Assembly: GCA_002269645.1 (NCBI GenBank)
Contig: NIVC01000486.1
Coordinates: 1-64,000 of the forward strand
DNA from: Macrostomum lignano
Taxonomy: Eukaryota
Direction of reading: 5' to 3'
Length of the DNA: 64,000 nt
Part shown: positions 60,192-64,000 of the stretch, in pieces
Position numbering within the stretch: position 1 is the first letter of the stretch
Layout of the letters: each line of letters opens with the position of its first letter
Program-made: the position numbers and the translations under genes
Notes under the pieces: model-generated
The model's database searches: none
What the model was told of the DNA's origin: nothing
The model's input: only the letters and a program-made list of their open reading frames with translations

Positions 60192-61333
60192 CTTCGATCT
60201 TTTGACAAATCTTTAATGTGTTTGAATCAAAATGCATTTAAATAGAACACTCTTCAAACTCTACGGTTTCTTATTTTGAGCAGAGACTTTGTGTCCTCTA
60301 TTATTTGAGTGGATCTTCGTTGCTTTAACGTTGGCTGCGACATGAATAAAACGCTGCGTTTGCCGTGGAAATTCCATGAGAAAAAGCTTGTATACGTACG
60401 AGTTTGGCTGGTAAAAACCACGGTATTTCCGGGGGAAGTCCTCGGACAAACCCCGGAATCTATGCAAAAAATTAGTTCCTAATAAGACGGTCACTTTGGA
60501 ACGTAGTAAAAGTAAAACTTACTGTTGTTTAGTCTTGAAGTGAATTCGCCATTCCTAACCTCTTTAGGACCCATCTTCTTTAGCTGTTAATTATAGTAGA
60601 ATTAAAATTTAGTGCAGACGGATTTGCCAGTTACGTTTTAAAAAGGCAAAATATTGTGTTCGCATATTTGTTGGCAATCAGTTCTTAAATGCTTTGATTT
60701 AATGACGCAATGATAATGACTATAATTACACGTGCAATTAATATATGTAATCATAGTTAAGCAAGTAGATGCTTGAATTGATGGACTAAAACGCATAAAA
60801 AAGCAAATTTGAACCAGCTTTGCCTCATACTCCAGTCATGCAAGACATTTTGCATATTTTAGTGTGCACCCCTGAGTTTAATTGGCTGTACATAAAGTGG
60901 GATATAGTGGATATACAATTATTTTATTCTGAGGGCCTGAATATATGTGAAATCAATCTTGGGCTCTATTGAATAGGCTAGCAAACAAGGAGATGGAAAA
61001 TGAAAATACAATACGCATTAACAGATTTCGAAATAATAACACGACAACAGAGGAGTCCATCAGTAAAAGTTGACAGTAGTTCATAGTCTTATTGTATCAT
61101 TGCTGCCATTACAATCCTTTTTTGAGTATCTCAAAGAATCCGACAGATCCAAGGACTCTTGACTGCCAGAGCAAATAACATCATGTCGACCCCGATCAAG
61201 ACGATCGTAGATTCCAGATCGCAGAAAACGACATGCTGTAGGTCCGTTAATGCTCGTGATTTTGCAGTCTCTAATAAATGCCCAGGATATCAGCCAGAGA
61301 AGATAGATTCTATTGCGTGAATCATCATTTCTC

Positions 61334-63145
61334 CTAATCTGTTGCTGTCAACAAGCCAAGAAGAGATCTTGCTGACTCGATTTTGTTCGGTTCGGTCACA
61401 AAGCATTCATCGAAACCCGTGACGTCATCCCATTCGACCACCTTGAAACAGTTGCCTCCCTCCTCGGCGAACTTGACCAGAGCGTCGCGGAACTCGGCCA
61501 GATGAGCTCGTACATCGCCAGTCCTGATGCCACCGAATCTGCACTCTGCCTGCTTCCGGATGCCAAGTACGCAGGTGGGAATTTCGAACGCGATTCTCCT
61601 CGATCGCCAGTCGTGCACTCGGAACGAGTAGCGCCTGCCGCTTGCCGCTCGGAACTCGTGCACACTCGACTGAGCTCCGAGCTCCGCGAGCCGGCTTAGA
61701 AACTTGGACTCATCCGGGTAGCAACCGCTCTTCGGGATCACGAACGTGTACGGCGGGTCGAAAGGGATTGGCTCTGCAGAGCTGGACAGCTGCTGCATGT
61801 CTGAAATGAGTAGAGATGCTCAGTTAGACCAGCAACTATGACCTTGCTAATAGCATTGACGTGACATCAGTTTTGAAATAAGTCACTACTTACAATCACT
61901 GAGGGGCTGCGCGAATCCGATCCACGTGTTTGCCGCCATCGCGAACGCCATCGACATCAAAGGAAGCTCGTCTCTGACCGACTCTGCGCTTGACTGCTGA
62001 GCAGCTCTCGATACGAAACTCCACCCGTCAATCAACAGAAAGTCCTCAACAGCAGCAAGCATCTGTGACCGTAAAGAGTCACCGTCCTCCGCGATGTCGA
62101 TCACATGAAGCGCGCTCGGCTCCGACTCTGTTACCTCCTCCGAGCTGGTGTCGCTGAGCTCTCTCAGAATCGAGTTCGCTCTCGGGTGGCTCTGGATGAA
62201 GCGCAACTCGTCTCTAAACTGCTGGAACATTGCCGTCTTGTCCTGATCGGCCATCCTGAGCTTCTGCATGACGAACATGGGTGCAGCGTAGCCGCAGAAG
62301 ACCACTGCGTGCGAGTAGGTCGACTGGTCCTTCGTGAGCGGCTTCTCCAGCTGCAGCAGGTACGCCGTTACTCGCTTCTTGTAGCCGGGACTGTCGAACT
62401 CGAGACACAACTCAGTCGATGCGGTGCTCACCTTGCTGCATCCAGGAAACAGCATCTGTGGACACACACAGGATACCGGCTGGTTCTGGCTGCTCACGGC
62501 GCGCTCGTCCAGCAGCAGGAAGTACTTGGGAACGACTAGGATATTGCTGGGGTTGACATCGGTGAGTCCGAAGTTTGTGAGCACTTGTTCTCGGATGAGG
62601 CCTTGAGCATCGAGCAGTGACGAGAAAATCTGGCGTCGCATGTTGGGCAGCACGTAGCTGAGGAACCCGGCGGCCAGTTGCCATGCGAAGCTCTCGCCTG
62701 GGCTGCTAAAGCCGCTGTTTTCTGAAAGGATTTGCAAATGGTGCGGAGAGAAGCTAATGCTATATCTTTTAAGTTTTATCTATGAAGTGATGCAGTAAGC
62801 TTTTCTGGCTATGCAGATCAGCGGCGAAGTAATTGTCCATTTGAGTTGGAATTATAGTGGTGATAAATTCTTCTTTTAATGACCACCTGGGTTCCAAAAG
62901 GTACGCAGAATGAATGCACAATCTCGTAAGAAACAAAGTCAATATTGTTTCAAAATTACATACTTACCTAGTTCTGTATTGTTTAAGTCTTCCAAGAGTT
63001 TTTCAACTCTTTTATTATTTAAATCGTGCAGTTTCAGCACCTTCACCATTCGAGTTGGAAGCAGCTGCGACAGGTACAGGTGACTGTCTGTTTTGCTTCT
63101 GTAGTTCTTGATTAGGTGGGCCATGCGCTTTCGTAGCCCATGACA
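61334..63145 (-). CDS. STING-STING paralogue (copy 3) with the second TIR exon; 5' exons would lie beyond the window
   Basis: Exons are 63145-62968, 62721-61894 and 61800-61334. 61886-64000 matches 52442-54556 at an offset of 9444 bp. The C-terminal tail has diverged (DECFVTEPNKIESARSLLGLLTATD*). Confidence 0.72.
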
Positions 63146-64000
63146 CTGTAATGTTTGCATGGTATTGACAGCAATAAGTATCCAGCCTTGACCTTGGGCT
63201 TACTACATTTGCCCTGTGCTCCAATTGCAAGTGGAGGCAAATGATTACTACAGAGTTCAACTGCAACTGAGTTTGCAAATTTGCATTAAACCGTTTGAAT
63301 TTTTGATTGTAGCCTAAAAGTCTACATTCTTCCTACATAAATCTGTGTAGGAAGAAATTGCAAAATAATAACTTTTTTACTTAATATGCATGTAACAATT
63401 TTGCCATACCAATTTATCAACAATTTTCTTAATCGCAAACTCAATCTTTCTTAATTTCCTAGCCCAAATAACTACATTTACTTGTAACTTTGCATCAATT
63501 AATCCTTTTTAAATTTTTGGTAACTATAGCGAAGTAACGAGAGGATTCAGAAAAAGGTAACAATCGTTACCTTTTTGGTTATTTGTAACGCCCAACACTG
63601 CATGCCATCAATAAGTTCCACTCTACCTTGAAAAGCTCCATACCAAGACGCTTTACACCACCAAGACGCTCTACACCACCAAGACGCTCTACACCACCAA
63701 GACGCTTTACACCACCAAGACGCTCTACACCACCAAGACGCTTTACACCACCAAGACGCTCTACACCACCAAGACGCTTTACACCACCAAGACGCTCTAC
63801 ACCACCAAGACGCTTTACACCACCAAGACGCTCTACACCACCAAGACGCTTTACACCACCAAGACGCTCTACACCACCAAGACGCTTTACACCACCAAGA
63901 CGCTCTACACCACCAAGACGCTTTACACCACCAAGACGCTTTACACCACCAAGACGCTCTACACCACCAAGACGCTTTACACCACCAAGACGCTCTACAC

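Overview
Eukaryotic (invertebrate animal) genomic DNA. It has spliced genes with GC-rich, poly-Q/A-rich exons, a different minisatellite in most large introns, tRNA-derived SINEs and several DNA transposons. By inference this looks like a free-living flatworm such as Macrostomum; the organism is not provable from the sequence. Recognisable genes are a GT32 (DXD) glycosyltransferase, RNA Pol I subunit RPA12, a C15orf61 homologue followed 27 nt later by a small membrane-protein ORF, eIF3a, a low-complexity protein with possible KH-like folds, a carboxypeptidase B-like proenzyme, a multi-LRAT/NlpC-P60-like repeat protein split by one in-frame TAA, and a PTB-domain adaptor. A young Ty3/Gypsy element with near-identical LTRs sits inside a minisatellite, and a Foldback/MULE-like element with a 9-bp TSD is present. 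The main finding is at 51.9-64 kb: three tandem minus-strand paralogues that each appear to encode two STING-like cyclic-dinucleotide-binding domains in one chain. Copy 1 also carries an upstream TIR-like domain (TIR-STING-STING). The two STING halves differ at ligand-pocket residues, one copy appears to lack the TIR exons, and one is a mosaic of the other two. Domain calls come from motif alignment by eye and need HMM or structure confirmation. Several genes carry single-base deletions, mostly in short homopolymers, which suggests long-read consensus errors.
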